DNA of 63,892 nucleotides, filler included, from Reticulomyxa filosa (GCA_000512085.1; 20 parts of 20 records of this genome joined end to end with filler, not necessarily neighbours in it), one strand, 5' to 3'; positions 36,501 through 49,229 are shown, numbered from the whole stretch's first letter. Made by a program: numbers and translations. The notes: generated by a model not told the origin, from the letters alone.

Positions 36501-37830
36501 GGCGAATATGTTGGACTGAACGTCGGGGATTTCGTTGATGTCATTTCTATATTTGGTCACATTCCAAGTGGGTTATCAAACAAGTGATTATGCGCATCCG
36601 TTGTTGGATTTCCATGTTCGTCAAGCCCTACGACTAAGCATATGTAATCCGTTGATTTTGTTAAAGTGCCACTCGCGTAAACATGTATTGCCTTTAATCG
36701 CCCAAATCCAACTCTTTCTGCATCACAAAGTGGAATGCCATGAGTGTCGGGACCAATTGAATCACAAATTGGATAAATCACCAATGATCGTGCAACTTCG
36801 AACATTTTGCCGTAGTTTGATTGATGATTCTTTTTTGGCTATCAACATTACCATAGCATCATCAACTATCAGCAAGATTGTGCTCATTGAAATAGTTTTT
36901 CGATGTTCCCGCTTTCAGGTCCAATTTTACAATACCATTACGTCGGTAGGTGACAATTCCAATTCTCGTGTCAAGGGTTAATCTTGATCCGACGTTGTAT
37001 TCGTAAACCAAATCGATCAAATGTTGCTTGAGCCGATTACAATTAGCTACAGTCGTATTTTTGCCACATGACTCATCGACAATCAAAATGACATCATTTG
37101 GAATTTCGCATACTGTTGGAGACGAAGTTGGGCTCGAAGTCGGATGTCTGTTTTTTGTTTGCTGTTTGTTAAATTTTTATTGGAAAAAAAAACTCCTGCC
37201 GTACCTGGTCGGTTGTTGGGTTGGATGTCTTGTTGGTGCTCTGGTTGGATGTCTGGTTGTGCTTTTTGTGGGATGCTTTGTAGGAGGCTTCGTATGATGC
37301 TTGGTCGGGGGTTTTGTTGATGTTTCGTTGGATGCTTGGTTGGTGGTCTGTTGTAAGTCAAACGTAAATTGAACATATTTAGTCAAAAAAAATGTTTCAC
37401 TCGCACAAAAAACAATGAATACCACAACTAATTCCATGCTGCAGTCAAATGTGCGGTCAATTGCAACTCCACGTCGTTTGATTTGTGAAGTCGATACGTT
37501 TCCGGTGATCAATAAATGACTTATCATGAAAGAGTTGTTCAAAAAATGCCCAACTGAATCCTGGGTCTTGTATCACCAGTACCTATGAGCAAAAAAAAAG
37601 TTATCCCCTTTTTTTTTTCATTGTACGTTTTGTTTTTTTGCTACCCCTTTTTTTTTGATAGCATAAAATGAATACGTTCATAACTTTGTGAATCGCAAGT
37701 TGTTGAAGATTCGTCCAACTGTGAAACGATAATCTGTTGTACTGGTCTACCCACCAGTTGTCACCATCGGGGTCTAATTGTGAGCTGGTGCATGATATTG
37801 TTATCCCATGTGTTACCATGAGTTGCTTGG
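33562..37830 (-). pseudogene. Decayed vWA-domain/mucin-like (PTYS)n surface protein gene
   Basis: PTKH repeats (37205-37350), vWA start DVILIVDES...RIGIVTY (about 36560-37112), about 1.9 kb of SPT repeats, then a hydrophobic segment; many stops and frameshifts. Confidence 0.6.
34650..36545 (-). repeat. Degenerate 12-nt-period tandem repeat encoding (PTYS/PTFS/PTNA)n
   Basis: Plus-strand GTTGG-GAATAT / GTTGG-GCA units recur with indels. Confidence 0.85.
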
Positions 37831-38628
37831 CAAAACCTATTTTTTTAAACACAAAAAAAACAACTATTTTTATGTGAAAGCTATATTTTTTTTTCCCAAC
37901 ACATACAAAAACAAAAAAACACAGAAAAATTCTTGCGAGTTAACTGATTATAACGCTAAACAGCAACAAAATTTTATTCATTAAAGTGCTTTTTTCTTTT
38001 TTTTTTCGCAAACATTTCGCAAACTAGAAATAACTTTTGTCAATGTTCAAAAGTTGAATGAAAACAAAAAAAGAAAGAAAGTACAATGAAATGGTATAAT
38101 AAACAATAAAAATAAGACAACGGAACACTGAAACTAAAAACAAAACTACCAAAGGGGGGCGCAGGGGGAAAAGTCTTGTTGAACAAAAAACAGTAAATTT
38201 TTTATTGCATTTTTGTTTGTTCCAAATGTAAATATATGGGAACGTGTAAGCTGCGTATATTTGACTTTGATAAAAATGCTTGCAATGAAAAATGTGATAA
38301 ACTACCATCTCAAATGATAAAACAAGTCCAATGTATCCAGCAAAATTAAAAATTGTTTAAATTTATTTCACAAGTATCCAGTGATTCAAAAATAAGAATC
38401 CCTAAAGCAAGTGCACAAAGCTAGTGACAGAATATATTGCAAGGTTTGTTCACATACTATTTAAAGTTTTCATTAACTAAGATGTTCCGATACAAATATA
38501 TTCTTTTTTTTTTATTCGAAATGTGATCTAGTAAAAATAAAAAAAAGAAAAAAAAAAGTAATTTTATTTGAAAAAATCATCATTACTATTAAAAGTAAAT
38601 TATTTGTAACAAGTCAGTATTAAAAAAA

Positions 38629-38992
38629 TCACAATGGTTTTGAAGCACCAGATCTTCGAAATTCATATGCCTTTGGTACAAACATATGCATGATGACTCC
38701 TGTTTGTTTATTTCTTTCAAGGAGATTAGCGATATCCCATTGTTTTAAAACGGGATTATTTTTTGGAATCAAAGGCTTCCCACCTTTGCCAAAGCAGCTC
38801 CAGCATTCATATTTGGCCAAGTGTGTCTCGTTTCCCCAGCCCTTATCGAACCACATGCAGTCACAGCCACAGTTATAAAATTTATGTGGCGTCCCTTCTT
38901 TTATGATGCCAGTCATCCGTGACGCTGTGGGAAATTGCTTGTGAAAGAATGAGTAAAAAGAACGGCGTCTCACACCGAAGGAACTTCGAGAT
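38629..38992 (-). CDS. Hypothetical protein C-terminus with CxCxC...CxxC
   Basis: Open from the contig edge; CGCDC and CWSC suggest a metal-binding site. Confidence 0.4.
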
Positions 38993-39375
38993 NNNNNNNN
39001 NNNNNNNNNNNNNNNNNNNNNNNNNNNNNNNNNNNNTTAATTAATTAANNNNNNNNNNNNNNNNNNNNNNNNNNNNNNNNNNNNNNNNNNNNCTGCTCCT
39101 TGAACGACTGTCGCTATATTAAGACATCTACGGATAGAGCTGATACAATTATGTTTGTTTTCGATCTTTTTCATTATTGAGTGCCATTTAGTTGGTGAAA
39201 ACAAAAGCCAAATTTGTATAGAAAAAAAATTTCAATAAATTAATGTTAAATAATAGGTGTACAGTTTTTTTTGAAAATTGCTGCAAAAAAACACCAAAAT
39301 ACAGTGGAATAAAAAGAAATATCTTTAATTTTTTATGTTTTCGCTATATTTTAATATTTCTTGTTTGAAAAGATA

Positions 39376-40791
39376 CTATCCACAAATACGAATAAAACCT
39401 TTGCATGAACCATAGCACAAACTCATTTTAATAATATCTTTTTTCTTTTGTATTGATAGAAATTTAAGACTACATATTCCATCATCTTCATCTTGTCCTT
39501 GAATTAAGTGCAATTTTGTCTTATTTAATCGAATATCCCAAAAACAAATTGTATTATCATTTGACGCAGAACATATTACATTTCCATTAAATATTTTGTT
39601 ACGCTTTACTACAAATGGTGAATATTCAACTACATTTACAATACTTGTATGCTCATTGAACACTTGAATTTGTTTACCAGATCGAATATCCCACAAACGA
39701 ACACTTTTGTCATTCGATCCAGATAATATTGTATTTGCAACATTCATTACTGTCGCATTTAATCCATATTTTACACTTTTCACTATATCTTTATGTCTGT
39801 TGAATTCAGTAATTTGCTTGGCTGTTTCAATATCCCATATTTGAATGGTATTATCCCATGACCCAGAACAAATAGTATATCCATTACCACCAATCACTCC
39901 AATACCATTACTTTTATCATAATTATAATTGTTTTGATTACTTTGCAATGGTGAAAAAGCAACACAACAAACAATACTATGATTTTTGAAATTATGTAAT
40001 GATTTGGATGTTTCGACATCCCATAGGCGAATAGTTTTGTCACTAGATCCAGAACATAAATATCGACCAAAATTAAATGACGAAAATTCAATTCCATAAA
40101 CAGCACTGTTATGTTCTTTGAATACTTCCAATTGCTGATTTTCTTTGAAATCCCAAAAACGAATTGTATTATCACGTGATGAAGAACAAATGACATCACG
40201 ACGATGGTTACAATGATGATATGGTGAAAACTTTACACAATTTACATTACTTGAATGTCTATTGAATTTAATCTGTTTGTTGTCCTTAACATTCCATACA
40301 CAAACTGTTTGATCAGATGCAGAACAAATGAATTGATGTCCAGGGAATGTTGAATAATCAATGCTATTCACACAAGAAGCATGCCTTTCGAAAGTCTCGA
40401 ATAATTTAGACGATGAACGGAATGTATCAAACATGAAGAACGTGCTTGCCTGTGTTAAATGTTGATAATGGATTACTTGAACACTTTGATTATTAAATGA
40501 AAACAAAACAAACTGACATACGTAATTTCTAATTAAGTTGTCAAGTACATCGGGAAATCTTGATTCAATGTCTAATTTTCGGACCCAATATTCGACAATT
40601 TTTTGAACATTATCTTCCACCTGATTTAATCGCAAATCATAATAAATGTAGCAACATAAAAGAGCTTAAGGAGAACTAGCTTTCTGAAACATACAAATAA
40701 AGATTACCAACGATAATTGCTTTGATTTTCGTTCTTTGTTGCCCAAACAAGTTGTTCTTTTATTTCCTTTCATTTTCTCTATTGAACTCAT
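39376..40791 (-). CDS. WD40-repeat protein of the expanded family with N-terminal helical box
   Basis: About seven WD repeats (CVWNV, RFWDF, RLWDV, QIWDI, RLWDI, CFWDI); N-terminal VQKIVEYWVRKLDIESRFPDVLDNLIRNY; short introns near the 5' end. Confidence 0.88.
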
Positions 40792-41852
40792 CTCAAATGA
40801 TGAAAGAGGAAACAATGATTGAACTTTTTCACAACGTGACGAAAAAAAAAATTCAGTTATAACAAACTAGTTTCATATTTTAATAGGTTTTTAACAAAAT
40901 TTTGAAAATGAGAAATGAAATTCGAAAACGTACTGTCAATTACCATTTGAAAATTTCAATGATTGTTTTATCATATTTCAACTGTATTGTCAGTTGACGA
41001 AGGGTCAATCTTTTATTACTTTTTCTGGACGACTTATTACATATAACCAAACACATTTATGTTTGAACAAATACAGCTGAGCTTCTGTTTTGTTCATATT
41101 TGCCATACCTGCTGTATTGTTGACTTGCTACAATATCAGGAACTCATTTGATAATGGTTTGTCATTGAGTGGAGTACTTGGAAAGATGAAAAAGATCTAA
41201 CTTTGTTACAGACTCCTGTTGTCGGACAGTATAAACAATAAGCAACCAAGAAGTTTATTTGCTATTACTTAAAATTACAAATTCAACTGATCCAAACTGT
41301 AAAAAAACAATCTAATTAGGAATGACACAATATATTTTTTAAAATAAAATAAACTGTTTTGTATTATTGTAAAGATCAAAGAAAACAAAGTAATGTTTTT
41401 AGTATTTTATTGATTTTCCTTGTGGCATTGGCTCAACTAGAGCTTAACATAGTTTAGTGTCAGTCTTTTTTAAAGATTTTTTAAATTTTTCACAAAGTTA
41501 TTGTTTGTTGTTAATTTCTTTTTACAATATCAATATGTCTTTTGACTAAAATTCACGCTATCTATTAATTTATCTATTTTCTTTATTTCTTTTTTTTCAT
41601 TCACTTATTTCTTGCTTTGCTGCAGTTATTTTTACGTTTTTTTTACTGTATTTCATCAACATATCCATTTCACACTTCAATTCCTTTTATCAATTTCTAT
41701 GTTGTTGCAGAAATGATTCTTTCAAGAAACTTTCACTTCAAAAAGGCATGATTTGTTAAATTAAAGGGCAACATCTGTCTCCATTTGAAACATCTTATTT
41801 GAAATCTTTTGTCCCTTTTCCTTCTTGCTCTCGTAATATGTCTTCTTTACAT

Positions 41853-42095
41853 TGTAGGAAGTTGACTAGCTTGTCTAGGCTAAAATATTAAGTGTAATAC
41901 AAATAGCTGCTCTTTGAGCAATCTTTCAAAAACAAATTAGTTTAAATAAAAGAAGAATATGAACAACAACGACAATAACAACAACAAAAGAATAAGAGAC
42001 GTTGTAAGAAAGGGTAAGTAAGTAATTGTTGTAAAAAAGGTGTTTCCTGAGTTACGCAGGAATTTCCCTTTATACTGTTAGGGCCTTGCCCTACA
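41853..42095 (-). mobile_element. Solo-LTR-like dispersed repeat, copy 3
   Basis: Minus strand TGTAGGGCAAGGCCCT...GTATTACACTTAAT...TTCCTACA; terminal IR TGTAGG/CCTACA. Confidence 0.55.
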
Positions 42096-42402
42096 ACCGT
42101 AATGATGGGAAAACTTGCTCTTTTTATTTTGTTATTATCTACGCGATGTTAGTAATTTCTCTCAAGTTTTAGCATACATTCAATAACAACTTGCGTTTGC
42201 AGTAATTTACTAACTCTTTGTCCATTAGCTTTTAAAACGAGGACATAATGCCAATCTAACGGTTGTTTTTCAAAAGACGAAATAAAACAGACGTGTTTCT
42301 TTTACGTACAACGAAAAATCACAAACAAATCCCCACAAGTTTTGTCAGTCCGTTCTTTTTAATTGTTGAATTTGTATTTTTTTTAAAAAAAAAAAACGAG
42401 TT

Positions 42403-42776
42403 ATGGCCCAAGCATCAACTAAAGGCAGTATTGAAATTGAAGAATCTGTAACAGCAGCATGGAAAAATGTGTCGAAAGGACCTGCCAACTGGCAAGTTGC
42501 CGAGTTTAAATGTAATGCGTGTTTTTGTATTGTTTGACGAGGAGTACGAAATATACTTATTGCAACACCTGACTGGCTGAGTGCATAAAATGTTTTGTTT
42601 TCCACGCAAAACATAAACAGTTGTGGACAAGAAACCCACATTAGTTCATTTGAAGAGGTATGATCTTAAAAAATGTTTAATCGCTCTTTCGCAAACCACC
42701 CCTCCAACAACAACAAAAAATTGGTGTAAATAGTGGAGAAGGAGGACTGTCAGAACTGGTGAAAACTTTGGAAGAG
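42403..42776 (+). CDS. ADF-H domain (coactosin/drebrin-like) actin-binding protein, 3'-partial; missed by the ORF track
   Basis: Exons 42403-42511, 42621-42657 and 42734-42776 splice to MAQASTKGSIEIEESVTAAWKNVSKGPANWQVAEFKFVDKKPTLVHLKSGEGGLSELVKTLEE. Confidence 0.7.
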
Positions 42777-42898
42777 GTATGTTTTTTTGTTTTTTTTTNN
42801 NNNNNNNNNNNNNNNNNNNNNNNNNNNNNNNNNNNNNNNNNNTTAATTAATTAANNNNNNNNNNNNNNNNNNNNNNNNNNNNNNNNNNNNNNNNNNNN

Positions 42899-44053
42899 TA
42901 ATAATAATAATAATAATGCTGATAAGATTAATGAAGATGCAAATGAGAATAATAATAAGAATGACAATGGAAATAGAAATGATAATGATAATGATAATGA
43001 TAATGACAATGAATTGGGCAATGATGACGACGAAATTCGCATTTATAAAAACACTCATCAATCGAATAGCAAAAAAGATGGGACAGCCACGGACGATAAC
43101 AAAGACGGGTTTGTGCAGATCAAATGGGTGTCTTCCCCTTTGAATGACTTCATTGTCGATAGTGTGATTGCACTCATCGTCAGTGTAGATTGTGATAGCA
43201 ACGGCGGCGTCGCGCAGTCGATGATGCAGAAGTGCAAGGAAAAAGATGGCATCGGCTTGGAAGAAGAGTCAGGGATGATGCCGAGTCATGAGGCTTTTTA
43301 TTTCATTTTGGAACAGCACTTTGGCAAAATAATGTTCATTTGATCACGCCACCGACAACAACTACAAACATAATTGATCCAATTGAAACCAATCCGCAGC
43401 TTGTTGTGAAAGAAGAACACGAAAAACAATCAGATTCACAAACGGGACACTCTTACAATTCCTCGCAACAAACACAACATAAACAGACCGATTCGGTCAA
43501 CTACAGTTGTCCAGACGATGTCGTTTACAAAATTGTTTTGAATGGAAAATATGCCGTTATTACATTCCGATACAATGTTTTACCTGTCTATGATTACAAG
43601 GACAAATATCAAAACCGAAAAGCAACAGTTCAAAGGATTTACTTTTTTTTTTGTACTCATGTTTTTGTATCATATTTGCATATCCACATATTATGTATTA
43701 CATGTATAGTTCAAAGTGGAAAGCGACGATCTTTCATTAAAACAAAGAATTGAAGGCATCTTAAGGCACGTCGATAGCGCGTTGTATCCCGTGCACAAAG
43801 ATTTTGACTGCCAAAAAGATTTCAATTTACCCAAAATGCCTACTTTGGACCCTCCCAAACCTTTGTCAAACTTTTTAGACAAAAATCAACAAAGTGATAG
43901 CGAACCCAGCGACAACGAAACTAATACACTGAAAAAAGAACCCAAAAAAAAAAATCATTAAAAAGCGAAAAAAAAAAGAAAAAACGAAAGCACAAAAAAA
44001 ATACATCAGATCAAGAGACAAAATCAATAATCACCGAAGAGCCGACAAAATAA
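42899..44053 (+). CDS. CPSF3: CPSF73/Ysh1 C-terminal region (pre-mRNA 3'-end processing), 5'-partial
   Basis: IKWVSSPLNDFIVDSVIALI...LEQHFG...LNGKYAVI...VESDDLSLKQRIEGILRHVDSALYP resembles the CPSF73-100 C-terminal domain. Homopolymer frameshift near 43328; one intron. Confidence 0.6.
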
Positions 44054-44227
44054 ACAACATAATCATCATTAAAACAAACTGTAGTGTCACAAAACTTATT
44101 TTTATTAACTTTTGTGTTTTGTCAATCGTAAATTCAGCACAAAAACTCAATCAATAACCCACAACCAAATAAAAAATCAAAAATTTTTCCAACAAATAAC
44201 TCAAATGCAAATAATAAAAAAAAAGAA

Positions 44228-44379
44228 TGTAGTGCAATGCCCTACTAATTACAGTAGAAGCTTAATATGAACGAGGGAACCCTTTTTTCTCCTTCTTTAA
44301 TTAACTTTCTTTTACTGAAATTACTCTTTTGGAACTAAGTTCCTTTCGTATTACACTTAATCTTCTCACAAGTCCCACA
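44228..44379 (+). mobile_element. Solo-LTR-like dispersed repeat, copy 4 (shorter)
   Basis: TGTAGTGCAATGCCCT...TTGGAACTAAGTTCC..TCGTATTACACTTAAT...TCCCACA; flanks AGAA/AGCA. Confidence 0.55.
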
Positions 44380-44867
44380 AGCAGATAATAGTGTTGTTGT
44401 CATTTTTTTTTGAGTTTTATTACGTTGCTTGACGTGTTATTTTTTGAAGAAGTAATTTTTTTGTTTGTTGGCACCTGATGCGAAGGTGCTCATAGTTTGT
44501 GTTGTTTTGGCTCAGTTTGGTTTTGCAGTGTTAATAAGCTTGACGTTGCTTGTATTTAATAATATAAGTTTGTTTTTTTTGCAATTTTTTGGGACGAAAT
44601 GTACTTGTTCCAATATATTGAAGTTTTTTTTGTTGAGTTTCGCTTTAAGTGATATGAAGAGTTGCCCCTTTTTTTTTATATAATGTTTCTTGTAAGGTAG
44701 TAAATTAATTTTTTTGAGAAAGACAAAGAGATGCCAGAAACAGAAGCTGAAGGAGATAATGTTAGTTTTAATGAGCAGATACTATGACTGCATTAGTGAA
44801 AATGTTTGAAATTTCATGGTACAAAACAATAGGAATCAATATCGCAAGAGTCAGGCTATGAAGTCCT

Positions 44868-45228
44868 TCATAACTTGCCTCCTACAGTGGAGCATTTTGT
44901 TGGTCGTCGACAAATATTACAGCAAATAGCGGATGACCTTTTGGAAGAAGAGTTAACCACATGAAGCTAGAAAAAAAAGGACGATAAAAATGGAAAAAAT
45001 GTCGGGGTGGAATGGGGTATGAAAAAAAAAAATAAAAGTACGCGTTTAAGCGTGATATTAGGAATGAAAGGCACAGGGAAGTCAGGACTCGCGACAATGA
45101 TAGGTCATTACTTTACCGAGTACAACTCATTTCAAGACGGGATATTTTACTTGCCGTTGTATAAAATGCATCAGCATTACGGATTTCAAACGTTTGACGA
45201 TTGTTTTTATCACATGTTGCGAAGTTAA
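44868..45228 (+). pseudogene. NB-ARC/STAND P-loop NTPase fragment
   Basis: HNLPPTVEHFVGR, then after stops and a frameshift RLSVILGMKGTGKS...FQDGIFYL. Confidence 0.6.
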
Positions 45229-45283
45229 ATGGACTGTGCGAAAAGTATGGTTTACCCATATGATACATAATCATATAATACAT

Positions 45284-45316
<33 letters not shown>

Positions 45317-45778
45317 ATATATGTATATACATATATTTAATGTATTATATGATTATGTATCATATGGATAAACTAATAGATCGAATTTTTTTTTTTATTT
45401 TTTTTTTTTGTAAAATTTATAAAATANNNNNNNNNNNNNNNNNNNNNNNNNNNNNNNNNNNNNNNNNNNNTTAATTAATTAANNNNNNNNNNNNNNNNNN
45501 NNNNNNNNNNNNNNNNNNNNNNNNNNAATGTATACTTTACCATAATTTACAAGTTTGTGAGTTGTGATGCAGGACAAGAGAAGATTTATTTGCAAAGAGT
45601 TTTTTAAGAACAGTGGTACCTAATTTGAGAACAAACCTCTGTTTTGAAAATTTTTGGATAGCTGACAAATTTGGATTTGAATTGAGAAAAACTAAACAAA
45701 AATGCACTAATTATTAATTTTTAAAAGTTGATTCAGTTTCCAAAAACTGTACCTTACGGAATTTTAAAATTTATTTAT

Positions 45779-47147
45779 TCAAATCTTCCTTCGCAAATTC
45801 CAATGTTTCAGAACTAGATTGCGCAAACTACATTTGAAAGACAACACAAAAAACAACAATAAAGAAGATAGAAAATGGGAATAATAATTAAAAAAAAAGA
45901 AGGCAAGTACAAACTGTTGATAAAGGATTTGAGCAATGTCACTAATGGCCAAAAGAGTTTGCACATGTGCAAAATTTTTGGGATTTAAATCATGAATGGA
46001 GTCAATATAAACCGTCTTTGGCAAAACTAACAAATGAAGTTTTGCTTTAGGAAACAGATCATAGACAACAATAACATGCTCATTTTCCCAAAAAATGTTT
46101 TCAGACATTACTTTAGGCAATACATTTGTATTGCAATTGACTCGGAGTTTCTGTTGATCAAAATCCCAGACATATTGTTTCAAACACAATTTGCCATTGA
46201 ATGCAGTGTTTTGTTGTTGTTGTTGTTGTTGTTGTCTCAACAGTAATGGACAGTTATACGTTGTTACACTTTTCAACTGATTTTGGAGTGAGACTACGTC
46301 ACTATACGTATAAAAAAGTGGAAATAAAGGAGCTGCTTTTTTAGAGCCTTTCGTCTCTATTTGGTCTATTTCAGTTTCTTTTTTTTCTACTTTTTCATCT
46401 TCTTCTCTTCTATCTTGTTTTTTAATGCAAATTTCTTTTTGGTTTTTTGCCAAATGTAATTGGCCGATTCGTTGAGCGTATGAATGCTTCAACACGGTAG
46501 CTACATTTCCATTTCCATCCACATGATGCTCGCGTGATGTAGTTATGTCAAGCACAGCCCCATCCACAAGAAGACGTATACAAATTTTTGCAATATTGTC
46601 GGTATCATGCATCCCTAAATGATGAACTCCATCCAAAGGAATTTGCAAAAACTTTAACAAATTTGCCATTGTTCCGAAGCTGATTTTTATACTTGTACCT
46701 ATTTTTAAGGAGTTTTTACTCTGGTAATAATTCAATGCAAATGTCTTCACGTTCATCCATTGCATTAAATAACTTGGAAATTCTTTAATATGTGTATTCT
46801 CTTTGTTGCTATTCCCACAGACAATACTGCGATAAAATTGCAAGGGAATTTGTTTGCCAATGTCCCAATCACCACACGTAAAGAACAATACATTATCCAA
46901 TTTTTTGCAATAATGTTGTAGCTATCTTTCAAAATCTTTAAATGCATTTGAAAAGGTTACCGCATTTGAGTGTTCATTGTAATGATACTTTGCACCACGG
47001 GCTCCATGTTCTGATCCAACATTAGAGCCGGTCCTCCATTGCAATACTCCTTCTTTTAACCATTGTTCCGGAATGATATAACGATGAAATCGTGATAGTA
47101 TATGTCCATTTTCCAATCCAATAGCAATGCTGGAAACTCGACAATTT
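45779..47147 (-). CDS. ERI1-like DEDDh 3'-5' exonuclease fused to an aprataxin-like HIT domain (partial; one in-frame TAG and one frameshift)
   Basis: EIVEFP, FHRYI.P, TCGDWD, W.NVK, G.HH.G..D..NIA (ERI1); IVVYDLFPKAKLHLLVLPK (aprataxin/HIT N-terminal motif). Confidence 0.7.
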
Positions 47148-47450
47148 CTACGACAAAATAAATAAATAGACATTTGNNNNNNNNNNNNNNNNNNNNNNNN
47201 NNNNNNNNNNNNNNNNNNNNTTAATTAATTAANNNNNNNNNNNNNNNNNNNNNNNNNNNNNNNNNNNNNNNNNNNNTTAGTTTTTTTTTTTATTCGTCCA
47301 TGCAAAAAAAAAAACTTTTAAAAAAAAAAAAAAATCGTCCAAATTTCAAAGGACTTCACACATAAAGAGCCAAAATGGCTTACCGTTTGCGTTCATCTTC
47401 ACATAGCTGTACTGATTGTTCAATCTTTTTTTCTTGTCCTTCTTGTTCTT

Positions 47451-48936
47451 TCAAGAGATACCATACCACTCAGAGATTGCACCTCGAATTACCTCGGTAA
47501 ATTGTTCGGGCTTTTGCTTAAGTTTCAACCACAATTCAATCAAATGATTTTCTTTTTCAAACAATTGTCTGAAGGTATCATCATGATAACAAGGGCCAGG
47601 ATACTTGTACGACTTTGGTAAAAAAGGTTCTAGATATACGTATGCCATCCTTGCTGCAGAACAGCTCCAGACATTGCCATTGGCATTAACATAGATCCGC
47701 TGTCTAAAAACATCTCAAAAGTGTATTGTTTGCTTTCAATGAGATCTAACATCATTTGATGCAATAAAATACAGCCTGGGTTTCTCGCAACTTCAGTACC
47801 AAACAACAAGTACGTCAGTGCATCTACAAAATCCATTTTATGTTGTGGATATGACTTCAATTGTTGTTTCTTAAACGTGCGCGAATTTGTTTGACCATTT
47901 CGGAGTCACTTATTGACAATTTCTTCATTTGCAATATTATTTTTGAATATTTGAGTGGATACTTTTTAAAAAGAACGACATCACGTCGCGCATCAGAACT
48001 GAGAAAAATTATTTGTTCCTCTTCTACTGCTGTGCCATTTGAGAAGGCAATATATCTCCAATCCACTACTGTGCCGTCTGTAGAAAGTTATTTTTCATTT
48101 CATTTTGTTTAACAATCCTTCTTCCTATGTAAATAAATAAATATAAGTATGTACATACCTTTATTTTTATTGTCCAATTTTTGAGCTGCATTTTGTGGGT
48201 TATCTTTCAAATTTTTGATTTGCCTTTCTTGTGACAAGTTGAACAATCGCACATGTGCAAACAAGTCAATACAGTCTGTAATTGTATAGTCTAGCTCCGA
48301 ATTCAGTATATTTCTTGGAAATTGTGGAATAAGAATTTTAAGTTTATTTGCAAATCTCATTAGAATCAATTCAACTTCATTCTGTGGTTTTTCATTCAGT
48401 GATAGTTCCTTCATCAAATTACCATTAATCAACAACAAATTACTCAAACAATTGTGCAATTCTTGGATAAATTCTTTGTCCAAGCTATCTGACTTCAATT
48501 TCACTTTTAATGTGATGTTGTCTGCACCAATTATATGCCAACAACTATGAATACATCCTTCGTATTTACCACCTTTTGTGAAACAACATTCCAATAACTT
48601 CATACAATCTTTCCATTCTTTTGTATTGAAAATATCATCGCTTTCGTCCTTTTTCATAACAGATTGCACTGCTTCTTTCAATTTGCTTTGAGTTTCCTCC
48701 ATCTTTTCCTTATGTTTTTCATCTTTCACACAAAGATGCTTCGATTTCAATGCATTAAAGCGAGTATTCACTTCTTTTGAATAAAAAACATTATATGCAC
48801 ATTTATGCAGTTCTCTAACAATTTTAGGAATTTCATATTGCTTTGAATCAAATTCACGATCATCAAAATCATATTCTGTGCTGTTCAAATCAGAGCCATA
48901 AGACTTGTCTTGGTTAGACTTTGCGTTCTGTGTCAT
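47451..48936 (-). CDS. Hypothetical protein with C-terminal ExxRN domain (two frameshifts, one intron)
   Basis: 275-aa first exon, intron at about 48080-48158, then LTYLLFGTEVARNPG..LLHQMMLDLIE...MPMAMSGAV split over three frames. Confidence 0.5.
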
Positions 48937-49229
48937 TTTCTATTATTTTGTATTATTTTCAATTATTTACAATTATTTATTCGTATTATGTATGTATTTA
49001 AACTAACCTAAAAAAGAATTGTGCAAATCCAGAGAGGTGGCACCCCTAATTAAAACCGCAATATATTTAAAAAATTTTATTTTTTGTATCAAGTAATACT
49101 TAATTTACACTCTCCTGGTGAAAATTAATTTACAAGAAGAAATAAAACTCAATTTACAACAAACTTGTTTTTTTCAGAACTTTTTTATTCTCGGACATGA
49201 TTTACTTGATGTGTCACAGATATCCAGCA

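Noticed and set aside
34650-36545. CRISPR-like or telomeric repeat
   Set aside because: The 12-nt periodicity follows Pro-Thr-x-Ser codons. There is no constant repeat-spacer structure and no cas genes.
46922-46924. Stop-codon reassignment (TAG read as Trp or Gln)
   Set aside because: A single case. Long conserved ORFs (Sec15, PARG, SecA-like) have no in-frame stops, so mutation or read error is more likely.
27505-47120. Programmed frameshifting or RNA editing in CARNMT1, the flavoprotein, CPSF73 and ERI1
   Set aside because: The shifts are single-base and mostly in short homopolymers, typical of sequencing indels. No common slippery motif is seen.
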